Below the pieces are notes generated by a model. The model searched no databases and was not told the DNA's origin. It was given only the letters and a program-made list of their open reading frames with translations. From Chrysemys picta bellii (lineage: Eukaryota), in contig NC_088794.1 in assembly GCF_011386835.1 (NCBI RefSeq), positions 133,858,001 to 133,922,000 of the forward strand: 64,000 nucleotides of DNA, read 5' to 3'. Shown here piece by piece: positions 61,913-64,000 of the stretch (positions are counted from its first letter, which is position 1; every line of letters starts with the position of its first letter). A program made the translations under genes and the position numbers.

Positions 61913-62964
61913 CTCATATCTAAGCTGTATTCATAACTACTTATTGCTGATTTTCTTATTCTACTGCTCTAGAATTTTTTAATGATTAGAACTTCAGTGA
62001 GAGTATAGTAGCTTACCAGCCTGTCAGGTGCAATCCTTCCTCTGTTCAAAGGAGACTGTCTGCCCAAATAGTATGAGGAGAAAATTTAACACCCATTTTT
62101 TTTTCTGCAAGTACATTGTAAACATCCATGAGAACTTGAAATGTCCCATAACACTTCTCACTGTATTTATTGCTAGGAAGTAGTGATACTATGAAATCTG
62201 TAGTAACAGTTCGAAGCAGCTTTAAGTGAGAAAAGTAGACAATTTCTAATATAGCAATATCTGTTAACACAACGGGTTTTCCGATTACTTATTTAATGGG
62301 GTTAATCAAAATGCTGGTGTAAAGTTTAAAGTTTTAAAATGTTTAGTGCTTTTGAAAGGGGTTGGTTTGACAGCTGGAGAGCACTGAACCGCTACCACAG
62401 CAGATTCATCCCTGTCCTGGAAGGACCACTTAGGGTGAAGCAGTAAATATTTCCATGATCATTCAATTTTTGGCATGTCAGAAAGAAGGACTCCTCTTTC
62501 AACTGTTTGTTTTGGGCTAACAGTCATCTTATTGTAGCTGGCAGAAGCAGATCTAAGGATGCTTATAAATAGCTCTACAATGTGTGGAATAGTTTCATAA
62601 CTTGTAGTTTTTCAACACAGGAAAGTCATATTGTAAGAGCAGAGAGGGGCATTTTATTGTTTGGGGGAAGCGAGAATAAGCTGGATATAGTGATACTTCT
62701 AGATTTGTATATATTCACTATAAGAAAAGCTACTTCATTAAGGGACTGACTCTGCTGCTATTTAAATCAATGGCAGAACTCTCATGCCACAGTGGTACAG
62801 TTTCAGATCTTAGTAATTGCCTCTGCCACCCTGAAACTTCAGAAAATCTGTGTGGTATGTACATAAGGAAAAAACAGAACATGTTTCGTCTTTGATTTTG
62901 TGTATTGTGGCAGTTCAAAACAGAAGTAGCAAGACATTCAGTGGGTGTCAAGTTTGGTGTCAGG

Positions 62965-63250
62965 AATGATGGTCCAGGGGTGAGGGCTGTAGCCTAAGAC
63001 TCCCATAATTCAGGTTCAGTTCCCTGTTCCACTGCAGTCTTCTGTGTTACCTTAGACCCAGATCCTCAAAGGTATTTAGGCACCTAATGCCCATTGATTT
63101 CAACTGAATTCAAATAAATACCTTTGAGGATTTGGCCCTTAGCCTTTCTCTACTTTGGTTCCCCATGTGTAATTTGGGGATAATAGTACCTCTAAAATTG
63201 TGAGGTGTTCAGATACTACAGCGAAGGAGGTAATATAAGTACCTTAGATA
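62965..63250 (+). mobile_element. MIR-like CORE-SINE interrupted by a short palindromic MITE
   Basis: tRNA-like head and core ttccccatgtgtaatttggggataatagtac; insert with arms cagatcctcaaaggtattta / aaatacctttgaggatttg. Confidence 0.55.
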
Positions 63251-63413
63251 ATTGCTTTATATCAACCAAGAGGAATGACAAATTAAACAAAATTAAATAC
63301 AAACAGAGGAAAAAAACATTTTAATAACCTTATAAAAATACAATGTATAATTAACCTTGCAGTTTGTTGCTGCTTCAGTGTCACATGAGTATCATTAGAA
63401 GTAGTCTTAAATG

Positions 63414-63616
63414 CTACACTTGCCTATGTCCTGTTTCTAGCAACATGCTTTCTAGCAGTAGTTTGCTGCTGTTCTCAATATAGGGCTGGTACAACCAAGA
63501 CGATAAATAAACCATCATAAGATCCTGGTCAGCAGTATGAGCAATCTCTTGCACAATCGTTTGCTTAAGTTGTATTTCCTTCTTGTACATTTCAGCAAGC
63601 TTGAAAGAAACCTCAT
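63414..63616 (-). CDS. CINP: CINP terminal coding exon (EVSFKLAEMYKKE...LLESMLLETGHRQV*)
   Basis: Acceptor ccatttcag; stop TAG at 63414-63416; matches recalled human CINP C-terminus WLHQPYVE...LESMLLETGHRAL; fits synteny after ZNF839. Confidence 0.94.
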
Positions 63617-64000
63617 CTGAAATGGATTGAACAATTACACACACCATTTCTAATCATATATAAGCAGCTCTGAAAAAGTAATAAATCAATACTTGTGCTA
63701 TACTAATCATTTTTTTTAAAATAGCTATTATAGTATGCAAGCTTGTATAACTACCCCCTCTTCTTTAGGTCAGTCAGCCATCCTGATCTTTACAGTAGTT
63801 AACAACACTCCTCTTCATTGCAATATGAAATGCCAAATTTATTGCTCATGTATTGGATACATTTCTACCACACAGATGCTTTTTCAGTATAAAATCCCCT
63901 TTTATTTCTACATCTCAACAGCAGTGTCTTAGAACCAGCTATAAAAATGGTATTATTTTAAGCCCATTTCTTTAAAGGGACATGTTGGTTTAAAAATGTA

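Overview
Vertebrate genomic DNA, most likely a turtle (inferred from turtle-type CR1, Penelope-like and MITE repeat families). It carries the conserved syntenic block WDR20(+) / MOK(-) / tRNA-Ile(AAT) / ZNF839(+) / CINP(-). I reconstructed by hand the last coding exon of WDR20, all 12 coding exons of MOK (1263 nt, 420 aa, intact kinase with TEY motif), 8 coding exons of ZNF839 (3555 nt, 1184 aa) and the last coding exon of CINP. All splice sites are GT-AG and phases are consistent. Introns and spacers are dense with CR1/L2 LINE fragments, hAT MITEs with 8-bp TSDs, PIF/Harbinger-like and Tc1/mariner-like MITEs, a solo LTR, CORE-SINEs and two probable LF-SINE relics. The most interesting signal is a series of short Penelope-like insertions carrying minimal type I hammerhead-ribozyme motifs: a perfect 188-bp palindrome upstream of MOK, a palindrome with a tandem, dimer-competent hammerhead pair in sense orientation in ZNF839 intron 6, a collapsed 61-bp remnant, and two decayed older copies. 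Hammerheads in Penelope-like elements are known as a class; the local architecture and the CCGAAGA core variant are what merit testing. I found no evidence for a wholly new protein-coding system. Gene and repeat family names rest on recalled sequences, not on database searches.
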